Assembly (NCBI GenBank): GCA_036676985.1
Contig: JAKFBU010000023.1
Location: forward strand, 1 to 64,000
Length of the DNA: 64,000 bases
Source: Candidatus Sericytochromatia bacterium
GTDB lineage: Bacteria > Cyanobacteriota > Sericytochromatia > S15B-MN24 > UBA4093
Direction: 5' to 3'
The translations under genes were made by a program, and so were the position numbers. The notes beneath the pieces were generated by a model. It was not told the DNA's origin. It made no database searches and was given only the letters and a program-made list of their open reading frames with translations. Of this stretch, positions 1 to 9,642 are shown one piece after another; the stretch's first letter is position 1; each line of letters begins with the position of its first letter.

Positions 1-427
1 AGAGCGCTGCCGTTACGACGGCGGCGGTTTCGACGGTTACCCGGACCTGCGCCGCATGGTGGCGGAGGGGCGGGCGATCGCCGTCTGCCCCGAAGAGCTG
101 GGTGGCCTTCCGACCCCGCGCCCACCCGCCGAACTCATGGGCGGCGACGGCCATGCGGCCCTGAACGGAGAAGCCCGCCTCGTGACCGTCGAGGCTCAGG
201 ACGTCACAGACGCCTTCCTCACGGGCGCCGAGCGTGCCGCCCGGATCGCCCTCGAGCGGGGCGCCACCACTGCCGTCCTCAAGGCCCGCAGCCCGTCCTG
301 CGGCAGTCATGGCATCTACGACGGCACATTTTCGGGCCGAGTGGTGCCGGGCATGGGGGTCACGGCGGCCCGCCTGATGCAGCAGGGCCTGACGGTCCAC
401 AGCGAGGAGACGTGGTCGGATCGCTAG
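1..427 (+). CDS. DUF523 / 2-thiouracil desulfurase (YbbK-like) family protein, 5'-truncated
   Basis: Frame is open from base 2 (ERCRYDG...). Family motifs CRYDG, VCPEELGGLPTPRPPAE, LKARSPSCG and GMGVTA. Confidence 0.85.
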   Translation, partial: ERCRYDGGGFDGYPDLRRMVAEGRAIAVCPEELGGLPTPRPPAELMGGDGHAALNGEARLVTVEAQDVTDAFLTGAERAARIALERGATTAVLKARSPSCGSHGIYDGTFSGRVVPGMGVTAARLMQQGLTVHSEETWSDR

Positions 428-476
428 GTCCGGCCTAGCGTCGGCGGCTTTTCCGCTGGCGCCTGCGGCTGTTTGG

Positions 477-2489
477 CTAATGATCGAAGAAGGTGTGCGG
501 GATCGCCTGGGCCCACCAGCCGGGCTGCATGGGCAGGCTCGTCGCCCAGTCCCGATCGAAGGCCTCGGCCGACAGGCGCTGGACCTGCTCGCGATCGTCG
601 ATGCCCACGCCCAGCTCGCGCGAGAAGGAGAAGGACTGGTTGTCCATGTTCTGGGAGCCCACGTAGGCCCATTCTCCGTCCACGGCCACGAACTTGGTGT
701 GGTTGGCCTCGCCTTCCTTCCCGTTGGTCGAGAAGTTCCGGAGCTCGATGTTCGCCCGCACCTTTTCCGGCAACCCGGCCATGAAGGAGAGCAACGCCCG
801 GTTGTTGGCGGCATCGACCGCGGCCCCGAAGAGCTGGTAGTCCATGGGGAGGTTGAGCTTGACCTTGACGCCCCGTTCGGCGGCCTCGCGGATGGCCTTC
901 AGTACCGAGTCGGCGTTGAGGTTGGGCGAGAGGATCTTGATCTCCCGGCGCGCGGCCGCCATGGCGGCGAGCAGCCCTTGGTCGGCGTCGTTGTGCTCGT
1001 AGTCCTGAGCGTAGAAGCTGAGCACCCCGCGCTTGCCGAGCATGGTCATGGGCACCGCGTCCGCCGGAGGCGGCGAGGTATCCCGCTCGTGGGCGGGCGG
1101 AGTGGCGTCCGCGTTGACGTGCTGGTTGGCGTGCTTCCAGGCGTCGTCGAAGTCCGCGAGCATGCGCTGCACCACCGGACCGCGGACCTTGATGAAGAGG
1201 TCCTTCTCCTTGGGATTGTCCACGTTGTCGCCGCCGAGGACCCCGATGCGCCCGTCGATGACGTACATCTTGGTGTGGTGGCCCCGGCGACTGACGAGCG
1301 GTCGGGCCGCGGCCACTTGCGCCTTGATGCCGTACTCCTCGAGGGCCTCGACGATGCCGGGCCGATCGACCACGATGTTGACGCGGAAGGCCGGGTTCTC
1401 GCGCTGCTTGGCGGCGAGCGTCTCCAGGAGCTCCTTGGCGGCCGGACTCTGGGAGTCGAAGATGTAGGTCTGGAAGGAGACCTCGTGCTGCGCCTCGTTC
1501 TTGATGAGCTCGCAGACCTTGTGGATGCCCTCGTCGTCGCCATCCGGCTCGTTGATCCAGATCTCGTCGATCTTGCCGGAGGTGACGGCCTGCCCTCGGT
1601 CCACGGTGCCGTTGTCGGTGCCCCAGACCGCCCGGTTCACGGCGGTGCCGATGGCCGATCGTCCCGGGGGGGCGTCGACACCGTGCTCGGCGATCTGCTG
1701 TAGGCGCGACTGTTCGGCTTTTTCCTCCGAGCGCCGGACGCCCTCCTTGATCTCGGCCAGGGTCGGCACGATGGAGGGGGCGGTGAGCAGGTTGGGCAGG
1801 ACCTCGCCGACGTTCATGAGCTGCTCGTAGTGGTGCTTGTCTCCGAACCGGTCGGCGGCCCGCAGGGCATGGTTGAGGTTGCGGATGGGGTGCATGAGGA
1901 GGCTCGCCGCATCGACGAACATCTGCTTGGCATCCCCGATGGGATGGTGCAGGAAGTGGACGAAGCGGTCCCACAGGCGCTCGAAGCCCTTGGAGAGACC
2001 GAACTTCAGGGCGTCGAAGTCATTGTGCAGCTCGGCGCCGATGGTCTTGAGGGTGCTGCCTTTCGCGTCTGCCAGGCGCCCCTCGAAGATCCGGAGCTGG
2101 GCCTTCTTGGCGAGGTCATCGTCGCTCGGCGCGGGGAGCCGCGGGGGGACGTAGTCGACGCCCAGTCCCGAGAGCTCGCGCACCGTCTCCTGGTACCGCG
2201 CGAGGGTCGCAGTGGCGAGCTCCTGGGCCTTGGCGGCGGCGGGCTCGTCGCCGATGTAGCGGGCGATCGCAAACTCCTGGGTAGCAATCGAGGAGGTGAC
2301 GACGGCCTTGTTGGCCTGAGTGACGAGCTCGGCCTTGCGCTGCTCGGTCTCGACCCCCGCCGCGCGCGCGCGCGCATCGACGGACGGTGTCCCCGTCTTC
2401 GGCGCCTCACTCGATTTGAGCTCGGCCGTGGGCTTCTTGGTCGTCAGGAATGGCAGCCGTGCCTCGTCCCGGCGTCGAATCTCCGCCAT
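477..2489 (-). CDS. Phospholipase D superfamily protein with long N-terminal extension
   Basis: Two HxKxxxxD motifs (HTKMYVID...GGDN; HTKFVAVD...GSQNMD). About 290 aa non-catalytic N-terminus with no TM helix or signal peptide. GAGGAG RBS. Confidence 0.85.
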   Translation of the reverse strand: MAEIRRRDEARLPFLTTKKPTAELKSSEAPKTGTPSVDARARAAGVETEQRKAELVTQANKAVVTSSIATQEFAIARYIGDEPAAAKAQELATATLARYQETVRELSGLGVDYVPPRLPAPSDDDLAKKAQLRIFEGRLADAKGSTLKTIGAELHNDFDALKFGLSKGFERLWDRFVHFLHHPIGDAKQMFVDAASLLMHPIRNLNHALRAADRFGDKHHYEQLMNVGEVLPNLLTAPSIVPTLAEIKEGVRRSEEKAEQSRLQQIAEHGVDAPPGRSAIGTAVNRAVWGTDNGTVDRGQAVTSGKIDEIWINEPDGDDEGIHKVCELIKNEAQHEVSFQTYIFDSQSPAAKELLETLAAKQRENPAFRVNIVVDRPGIVEALEEYGIKAQVAAARPLVSRRGHHTKMYVIDGRIGVLGGDNVDNPKEKDLFIKVRGPVVQRMLADFDDAWKHANQHVNADATPPAHERDTSPPPADAVPMTMLGKRGVLSFYAQDYEHNDADQGLLAAMAAARREIKILSPNLNADSVLKAIREAAERGVKVKLNLPMDYQLFGAAVDAANNRALLSFMAGLPEKVRANIELRNFSTNGKEGEANHTKFVAVDGEWAYVGSQNMDNQSFSFSRELGVGIDDREQVQRLSAEAFDRDWATSLPMQPGWWAQAIPHTFFDH

Positions 2490-2565
2490 CGGTCCCCCGC
2501 TCCTCGGTGGTCATCCCTACATGGGGTATATACCCTGCCCGGCGAGTGTTGCCTCGTCCGAAGCG

Positions 2566-4119
2566 CTAGGGGGATCCGGCCGCCTCGACCAGCACCGATG
2601 CCGTGGCCGCATAGCGCGGATCGTCGTAGGCCGAGACGGTGACGACGACCTCCCCGGGGGCGGCCCCCGGGTACACGGAGATCTTGCCGATGTTGGGGTG
2701 AGTCTCGGTGCCCCAGTCGTCCTCGAACGTCACCCGTTCCGCGTCGCTGCTCGCGAAGTCCAGGTAGCGCGAGGCAATCCAGTCCGGATTGCCGTCGTCG
2801 GAGGTATGGAAGGTGATGCTGACGGTCGCCGTCGAGCGGGACTCGTCCCAGGGATCCTCCGGCGGCGGCGGCTGGAGGCGGAACGAGGTCGGCTCCATGG
2901 TCACGCCGTAGATCTCGAAGACGTGTACCAGGACGTCGTCGAAGAGGGTCCCGCTCGAGGCCTTGACCAACGTGTCCCCGTTGCTCGTTGGCGTGACCAG
3001 GCCGTTGGTGACCGTCAGGGAGTTGCCCTCCTCCACGGACCAGGTGACGACCGGGTTCTCGATGGGTTGGCCCTCGGTATCGGCGGCCTCGACCTCGAGT
3101 TGCTTGGTCTGGTCGCGGCGGACCTGGGTCGCTCCGCGGAACTTCGGGGTGATGGCGAGATTGGCAACGACCCGCAGGCGAGTCGGGTTGCTCTGGATGC
3201 CCCCGATGGTCACGAGCACGTCCCCCGAGCGTGCATTTTCAGGGACCTTGAAGCGGATCGTCCGATCGTCCACGCGGGTCGGCGCCGTCACGACGGACCC
3301 TCCCATGGCGACCTGCAGCGTTTCCAGGGTGGAGGCCCCGAAGTGCTCGCCCTGGATGGTCACCACCGCCCCCGGGCCCGCGTGGGGCGGGTTCAAGGCC
3401 GCAATGACGGGCGGCGTCAGCGTCATGACGACGTCTGGGGTCGTCACGGTCTGGTTCGGCTTGACCTCGACGTCGGCCAGATGGCCCTTGCCGAAGGCCG
3501 TGCCCGGCTTTTCCGCGGCCAGGTTGAACGTCCCCGCGGCGACGTTGGAGAGGGTGAAGCGTCCGGCCGCATCGGCCTTGGCCAGGTAGGAAGAGCCCGG
3601 GATGTAGACCTCGACGCCCTGGTAGCTCACGCCGGCCACCTCGTCTTTGAGGCGCACGGAGCCCTTGAGGTGGCCCGTCGGCTGAAGCGTTAGGCTCCCG
3701 AGGTCCGTAGCCCGCTCCTGCAGGGTGGCGATGTCGCGCTTGAAGACCTTCATGGCCTCGGAGTACACGGCCTCGAGGTTCAGCGCGCCCTCCGGCAGCG
3801 AGGTTAGGGTGAAGCGCCCCTGGGCGTCCGTCACGGCCTCGACGCTCGTGGCCTGGACCCGACGCCCCTGGTACCCCGCCGCCGCTTGCTGCAGGGGAGC
3901 GACGGTCGTCAGGGGCGCCACGGTTGCGAGATAGGCCTTGACGTTGACGCCCTGTGCTGGCAGCCCATCCGGCTGAAGGATGGTGCCCGTGATCGATCCG
4001 GCCGGAGCCTGGCTGGCCGCCTGGTTTCCGGTCGGGCGGTTCGAGACGCCCATCAAGAGGGCGGGATCGCATCCGACCAATAACAGGGCGATCAGGAGCA
4101 AGGGCAATAAACGACGCAT
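2566..4119 (-). CDS. Lipoprotein with carboxypeptidase-regulatory-like beta-sandwich, IPT/TIG and Ig-like domains
   Basis: MRRLLPLLLIALLLVG-C lipobox. GxITGxI...TDAxGRF domains and TIG pattern (P.IAALNP..AGPGAVVTIQGEHFG). Start placed at ATG 4119 after GGGAGA. Confidence 0.8.
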   Translation of the reverse strand: MRRLLPLLLIALLLVGCDPALLMGVSNRPTGNQAASQAPAGSITGTILQPDGLPAQGVNVKAYLATVAPLTTVAPLQQAAAGYQGRRVQATSVEAVTDAQGRFTLTSLPEGALNLEAVYSEAMKVFKRDIATLQERATDLGSLTLQPTGHLKGSVRLKDEVAGVSYQGVEVYIPGSSYLAKADAAGRFTLSNVAAGTFNLAAEKPGTAFGKGHLADVEVKPNQTVTTPDVVMTLTPPVIAALNPPHAGPGAVVTIQGEHFGASTLETLQVAMGGSVVTAPTRVDDRTIRFKVPENARSGDVLVTIGGIQSNPTRLRVVANLAITPKFRGATQVRRDQTKQLEVEAADTEGQPIENPVVTWSVEEGNSLTVTNGLVTPTSNGDTLVKASSGTLFDDVLVHVFEIYGVTMEPTSFRLQPPPPEDPWDESRSTATVSITFHTSDDGNPDWIASRYLDFASSDAERVTFEDDWGTETHPNIGKISVYPGAAPGEVVVTVSAYDDPRYAATASVLVEAAGSP

Positions 4120-4224
4120 GGACTTCTCCCGGGACATGGCTGGCGCGCGGCTCGGGGTGGGGTTGCCCCCTCACCAAGACCATCTCCTTCATACCCTCGT
4201 CTGCCAGTCTCGTGTCGGCCGGGC

Positions 4225-4258
4225 AAAAAAGGTCGAGCCCGCCGGTCGGCGGGCTCGA
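4225..4258 (-). terminator. Intrinsic terminator downstream of the lipoprotein operon
   Basis: TCGAGCCCGCC-GGTC-GGCGGGCTCGA hairpin with an A6 tract on + (U-tract on -). Confidence 0.75.
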
Positions 4259-4278
4259 ACGATGTACCGGCCCCCGGG

Positions 4279-6561
4279 TTAATCCAGCTTCCGGATGGCG
4301 TTGTTGGTGTACTCCGTGACGTAGAGCGATCCGTCGCTCGCCCGGACGATGCCGTCCGGAGCCCGCAGATCGGCCTTGGATCCGATGCCGTCCTTGAGGC
4401 TGGTACCGGATTGCGTGCTACCGCCGGCAATCGTCAGCACCTCGCCTTGCGGGAAGATCTTGTGCACCACGTTCGCGCTCTCCTCGGTCACGAACAGGGT
4501 CCCGTCCGGCGCCACGGCGATGCCCATCGGGTTCCACAGCGACTTCGTCAAGAGCATGGTGTCGACCAGGGCGCCCGGAGTGATGCGCCGGATCTTGCCG
4601 TCGTTCATCTGGGTCACGAACAGCGTCCCGTTCTGGTCGATGGTCAGGCCCGTCGGATAAACGAACTTCGCCCCCGCGTTCGGATCGGATCCCATGCCGT
4701 CGCGGCTGATGGGGGGCGCGCCAGGCGGGTGCGGGCTGCCGGCGTAGGACGTCACGCCACCGTTGGTATCAATCTTGCGAATGGTGCTGTTCGCCTGGTC
4801 GGCGACGAAGACGTTGCGGCTGGCGTCCACCGCGATGCCCTTCGGGGTGTTGAACTTCGCGCTCGCCCCCGGACCGTTCTGCATGCCTTGCTCGCCGGTG
4901 CCGGCGAGTACCGACCAGCTGCCAGACGTACCGCCACCCAAGAGTTCGATTCGGTAGACCTTGTGGTTGGCGTCATCGGTGGCATAGAGCCAATTCGTGG
5001 AGCTCACGGCGTCGTAATAGTAGGCAAGCCCAAACGGACGGAAGCCGGTAATCCCGCTCAGCGCAAGCGTCGAAACCGCTCCGCCGGAGATGCGGCGGAT
5101 CAGGCCGTTGTCGTGGTCCGCCACGTAGAGGTTGCCCGAGCGGTCGAAGGCCATGCCCTGCGGGTGCCTAAAGCGCGCAGCGAGGGCATCTCCGTCCGTC
5201 GTTCCCTCCTCGCCGTCGCCCGCAAAGGTCGTGACGGTGTAGTTGTCGAGCTGGATGTTCACGGTTTCCTGCTGCGCGGAGTCGGCGGCCGACGAGACGG
5301 TCACCTTGATCGTCCCCTTCGAGCCGAAGTCCGTGGCGGTCACCCGGCCCGTGACGTCGACCGATGCGCTGGCGTCGGCCGAGAAGTCGACGAAGCTGTT
5401 GGTCGCGCCGTCGCTGAACAAGTTTTCGGCGCTGATGCGGAAGAAGGCGCCGCCCTTACCGCCCAGCGTCGGCTGGCCGAAGATGGGGCGCACCGAGACC
5501 GAAACGGCCTCGGGGACGATCTTGAGGGGTGCGCTGAGCATCGAGCCGAATTGCGCCGTCACGCTGGTACCCGCCGCCCGGTACGACCCTCCGGCCGTGA
5601 AGACGCCACTCTCATCCACCGTCCCGGCCGACTCGTCGGACGAGCGCCAGGTCGGGCTGGGCGGAGTGCCGAAGTACCCAATGTTTTCCCCGGTCTTGGT
5701 CTCCCAGTTGACCGAGTAAAAGAGCTGCTCTTCCTTGCCCAGGATGACGATCTGAGTGCCGGACGGGGACGGATCCCAGAACTTCTTGTTCTCGGTGACG
5801 GTGACGGTCTTGGGGACCCAGAAGACGAAGTTGTCTTCGGAGCTCACGCCGTCGGACTTGAGGACCACCTTGCCGGTGGGCGTCCCAGGGGGCACCGTGA
5901 CCTTGACCGAGGTGCTGCTCGTGGGCACCGCGCCCGTGATATAGCCGTTGAAATACACCTGAACGGGGGTGCCGTCGGTCGCGAAGTTGGTGCCCGTGAT
6001 GGTCACCTCGTCACCCGGCACCCCGGTATTCGTGCTCAGGGCCGTGATGGTCGGGACGAAGAGCGGCGTGAGCGACACGCCCGCGCTGGTCTTGCGGCTG
6101 CGCGTGATGTTGACGTTGGCCGTCCCCCGCGCGGTGGGCTCGGCACCTTCGGGCACAGGTGCGGCCTCGCGGTAGGCGAGAACCTCGACGCTCAGGTTGT
6201 TGCCCGCCTTGAGCGGGACGTTGGCCGTCGCCGTCGACGCTCCTACCTGGCGCGTCACGGTGGCCGAGGCCACTTCGGTGCTGCCGCTCGACACCTTGAT
6301 GACCAGGGTGTTGGTGCTGGTCGGGATCAAGGCCGTCTGGTAGCCGGTGGGGCGCTCGGGCCAGCGAACGGTGAGCGACAGGGTCCCGTACTCGCTCACA
6401 GGGGTTTGACCCTGCTCCGCAACGGGCTCCGGCTGGGCAGCCGAGACCGCCGAAGCGCCCGTGGTCGCCACGGGCAGCGAAACCAGGCTGCCGGGACGGA
6501 CGGTGCAGCCCACCATGCCGAACGAGACGGCCGCGACCAGCAATACTCGATGACGCATCAT
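4279..6561 (-). CDS. Lipoprotein with IPT/TIG, Ig-like and C-terminal NHL-repeat beta-propeller
   Basis: MVG-C lipobox, TIG domain, repeated FxxPxGxAxDxxGNxYVAD NHL units. Confidence 0.85.
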   Translation of the reverse strand: MMRHRVLLVAAVSFGMVGCTVRPGSLVSLPVATTGASAVSAAQPEPVAEQGQTPVSEYGTLSLTVRWPERPTGYQTALIPTSTNTLVIKVSSGSTEVASATVTRQVGASTATANVPLKAGNNLSVEVLAYREAAPVPEGAEPTARGTANVNITRSRKTSAGVSLTPLFVPTITALSTNTGVPGDEVTITGTNFATDGTPVQVYFNGYITGAVPTSSTSVKVTVPPGTPTGKVVLKSDGVSSEDNFVFWVPKTVTVTENKKFWDPSPSGTQIVILGKEEQLFYSVNWETKTGENIGYFGTPPSPTWRSSDESAGTVDESGVFTAGGSYRAAGTSVTAQFGSMLSAPLKIVPEAVSVSVRPIFGQPTLGGKGGAFFRISAENLFSDGATNSFVDFSADASASVDVTGRVTATDFGSKGTIKVTVSSAADSAQQETVNIQLDNYTVTTFAGDGEEGTTDGDALAARFRHPQGMAFDRSGNLYVADHDNGLIRRISGGAVSTLALSGITGFRPFGLAYYYDAVSSTNWLYATDDANHKVYRIELLGGGTSGSWSVLAGTGEQGMQNGPGASAKFNTPKGIAVDASRNVFVADQANSTIRKIDTNGGVTSYAGSPHPPGAPPISRDGMGSDPNAGAKFVYPTGLTIDQNGTLFVTQMNDGKIRRITPGALVDTMLLTKSLWNPMGIAVAPDGTLFVTEESANVVHKIFPQGEVLTIAGGSTQSGTSLKDGIGSKADLRAPDGIVRASDGSLYVTEYTNNAIRKLD

Positions 6562-7941
6562 TTACTCAATCTCCAGCTCGAGGTCGCCCAGGACGGTGAC
6601 CGTGACCGAAGCCGTCGCCTTCTTGGACGGGTCGTCGACGGAAGTGGCCGTGATGACGACCGTCCCCTCGGACGCGCCCGCGACCGTCTTCACCAGGCCG
6701 TTCGAGACCGTGACCCGGCTCGGGTCGGAGCTCGACCATTCCACCCGCCCATCGAAGGGACCGGACATCTGGACGGTCGCCGTGAGCGTCTCGGACGTGA
6801 GGTAACCCGAATCGGGCTCGCCGGTCTCGGGCAGGGCGTTGAGGGTCAAGGCCGACTTGTTTAGCGTGACCCCGTCGATGCCGACCACCTTGACCTCGTA
6901 CTTGTTGCTCAGGTTGGTGCCGAAGCTCGCGGCGACGCTCGTCGTCGCGGCGGAGGTCGCCGCCACGAACCGGCCGCCCTCGTCGATGCTGCCCGCCGCC
7001 GGGTTGGAGCTCGTCCAGGCATACGCGGGGGGCGTGCCGTACTGGCCCACCGTCTCGCCGCTCTTGAGGGCCCAGGTGGGCTCGGCCGCGAACTGGAGGT
7101 CCTCTCCGTAGCGGACCATCCGTCGGGAGCTGCCGCCCAGCGTCAGGTCGTCCCAGGCGGGCACGGGAGCCGTGATGGTGAGGTTCGAGAGGACCCAGAA
7201 GGTCGACGTCGAGGTCGACTCGACGCCGTCCGCCTTGACCACCACGTTGCCCGTGGTCGCGCCAACCGGCACCACGGCCGTCAGCGAGGTCTCGCTGGTG
7301 CGCGTGACGGTCGTGGCAGCGACCCCGTTGAAGGTCACCTGGACGGGCACGTCGCCCGAGCCGAACTTCGTGCCGGTGACGGTGACGGTCTGGCCGACCT
7401 TGCCGAGGTTCGAGTCGAAGCCCGTGACGGTCGGAACGTTGAGGGGCGCGAGCGTCACCGCGAGAGGACTGACCTTGGAGCGAACCACGCTGGTAGTCCC
7501 CGTGCCCTGGGCGATCGGCACGGCCGTCGCGACGTCGGGGGTGCTCTCGCGGTAGGCCTTGACCTCGACCGACAGGTTCGAGGCGGCCTCCACGCGAATG
7601 CTCTTCGAGACCGTGGTGGCTCCGGACGACCGGCTGACGACCACGGGCCCGGCGACCGTCGAGGCGCCCTGCTTGACCCAGACGGCGATCGCGTTGGTGG
7701 TGGCGGGCAGGAGTGCGACCTGGTAGCCCGGCACGGGCTCCGGCCACCGGATGGTCAGGTTCAGCCAGCCGTAATCCGCCTGGGGGGTCTCGGCGCCGGA
7801 CACGACGAGAGCGGGCTCGGTGTCCGTGACGACCTGGGCCGTGCCCTTCGGGGCCTCGGTCACGACGGGAACCGTCTTGAGGGTGCAGCCCACGAGCCCG
7901 ACCGAGAGCGCGAGGGTCAAAGCGCGGCTCAGTGCGCCCAT
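6562..7941 (-). CDS. Lipoprotein with IPT/TIG and Big_2-like Ig domains
   Basis: LVG-C lipobox. N-domain paralogous to 4279-6561. WSSSDPSRVTVSNGLV Big_2 motif. Abuts both neighbours (operon). Confidence 0.85.
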   Translation of the reverse strand: MGALSRALTLALSVGLVGCTLKTVPVVTEAPKGTAQVVTDTEPALVVSGAETPQADYGWLNLTIRWPEPVPGYQVALLPATTNAIAVWVKQGASTVAGPVVVSRSSGATTVSKSIRVEAASNLSVEVKAYRESTPDVATAVPIAQGTGTTSVVRSKVSPLAVTLAPLNVPTVTGFDSNLGKVGQTVTVTGTKFGSGDVPVQVTFNGVAATTVTRTSETSLTAVVPVGATTGNVVVKADGVESTSTSTFWVLSNLTITAPVPAWDDLTLGGSSRRMVRYGEDLQFAAEPTWALKSGETVGQYGTPPAYAWTSSNPAAGSIDEGGRFVAATSAATTSVAASFGTNLSNKYEVKVVGIDGVTLNKSALTLNALPETGEPDSGYLTSETLTATVQMSGPFDGRVEWSSSDPSRVTVSNGLVKTVAGASEGTVVITATSVDDPSKKATASVTVTVLGDLELEIE

Positions 7942-7942
7942 G

Positions 7943-9493
7943 CTAGTTCACCTCCAGGTTGATGTCGCCGTCGATGCTGACCGTGACGGTCGCCTCGGCC
8001 TTGAACAAGGGATCGTCCACCGAGGTCGCGGTGATGGTGGCCGTGCCCTTGGCGGCGCCGGGCTTGGTCTGGACCAGGCCGTTGACGACCGTGACCATGT
8101 CGGTGTTGGAGCTCTGCCATGACACCTTGCGATTGGTGACCGACGGATTGTTGGTCAGGACCGTCGCCGCGAGCGTCGTGCTCGTCTCGAACCCCGCGTC
8201 GGGCTCGCCGGCATCGGGCTTGGCGTTGAGGGTGATGGCCGTCCGGTCGAGCGTCACGCCCGTCACCTCGAAGACCCGGACCGTTCCGAGGGCCGACACC
8301 GTGCCGCTGAACAGCCGGACCGTGGCGTCACCGGGCTTGACCGCCGTCATTTTGTTGCCGTCGAGCTCGATGCTGTCACCGCTCGACAGCTCCCACTTGA
8401 GGTTGGGCGAGAAGACCAGGGCCCCGCCCGTATCCTTGGCGCTCGGCGTGCTCTCGTAGGATTTCCCGAGGAAGAGGTCGATGCTGGCCGTCGGCCAGTT
8501 CAGGAAGACGTCCTTGACGACCTTGAACCCCACCGCGTTGCTCTGGTTGCCACCGACGGTCACGAACACGTTGCCCGTCTGGGCGCCCACCGGAACCGTG
8601 ACCTTGATGGCCGTATCGCTCACGCGCTGGAAGGTGGTGGCCGACGACCCCGTGAAGCTGATCTGCAACTGCTCGCCCTTGGTCGCCCCGAAATTCTCTC
8701 CCGTGAGGGTGAGCTCGCTGCCGGGCCCCCCGTTGGCGGGCGTCACCTGGGTGATCTTGGGCAGCGACAGGGTGAGGGCCAGGTTCACGGTGGTGGTGCC
8801 CTTGGGGACGACCGCCACGCCGGTCGCAATGGCGCGGCCCAGTCCCTGCTTGGCGCCCACGACGTTGAAGCTGCCGGGCGCCACGTTCGAAATCGTGTAG
8901 TTGCCCGCGCTGTCCGCCTTGGCCACGTACGAGGAGCCCGGGATGAAGACGTCCACGCCCTCGAAATCCGTGACCGAGGTGTTGTCCTTCGAGGAGACCT
9001 TGCCGGAGATGGTGCCGGTCGGCTGCAGCGTCAGGCTGCCCGTGTCGGCGGGGCTGGTCTTGCTGACCACCAGATCGCTCTTGAAGACCTTGAAGGCATC
9101 CGACAGCACCGCCTCGATGTTGACCTTGCCCTCGAGGTCGGGGAAGGCAAAGGCGCCGTTGGCATCCGTCGTGACCTCGCCGCCGGTGGCGGCGATCCTC
9201 CGGGTACCGTAGCCGGCCGCAGCCTGCTGCAGGGGGGCCACGGTGGTCAGCGGAGCGACCGTCGTGAGGTCCGAGGGGACCGGGAAGGCCCGGACCTTCA
9301 CGTTCGCGGCGGGCTTGCCCTCCGCCGACATGATGATCCCCTTGAGGGTCCCCTGCTTGGGGGCGGTCGTGGTGTCCGGGTCCGAATCCGCGACGTTGCC
9401 GCCCGGCTTCTGCAAGCCGGCCAGCAAGGCCGGGTCGCACGCCGTGACGAGCATCGATAGGCTCAGGAGTAGTCCTGCAAGAGCTCGGCGCAT
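7943..9493 (-). CDS. Lipoprotein with carboxypeptidase-regulatory-like, IPT/TIG and Big_2 domains (paralog of 2566-4119)
   Basis: MRRALAGLLLSLSMLVTA-C lipobox, ATG 9493 after GAGGGG, WQSSNTDMVTVVNGLV motif. Confidence 0.85.
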   Translation of the reverse strand: MRRALAGLLLSLSMLVTACDPALLAGLQKPGGNVADSDPDTTTAPKQGTLKGIIMSAEGKPAANVKVRAFPVPSDLTTVAPLTTVAPLQQAAAGYGTRRIAATGGEVTTDANGAFAFPDLEGKVNIEAVLSDAFKVFKSDLVVSKTSPADTGSLTLQPTGTISGKVSSKDNTSVTDFEGVDVFIPGSSYVAKADSAGNYTISNVAPGSFNVVGAKQGLGRAIATGVAVVPKGTTTVNLALTLSLPKITQVTPANGGPGSELTLTGENFGATKGEQLQISFTGSSATTFQRVSDTAIKVTVPVGAQTGNVFVTVGGNQSNAVGFKVVKDVFLNWPTASIDLFLGKSYESTPSAKDTGGALVFSPNLKWELSSGDSIELDGNKMTAVKPGDATVRLFSGTVSALGTVRVFEVTGVTLDRTAITLNAKPDAGEPDAGFETSTTLAATVLTNNPSVTNRKVSWQSSNTDMVTVVNGLVQTKPGAAKGTATITATSVDDPLFKAEATVTVSIDGDINLEVN

Positions 9494-9642
9494 ATCCCCT
9501 CTCAGTTGGTGACGTGAGGCTGTCTCTTGCCTGTTATTCCCCCCTGCGACCCACACTAACCCCGAACGGTCACACATCATGTGAGAGTTTGCTCACAGGT
9601 CGGGCGCTTGCCAGTCGGGCCCCAAACTGGCAGAATGCGGGC

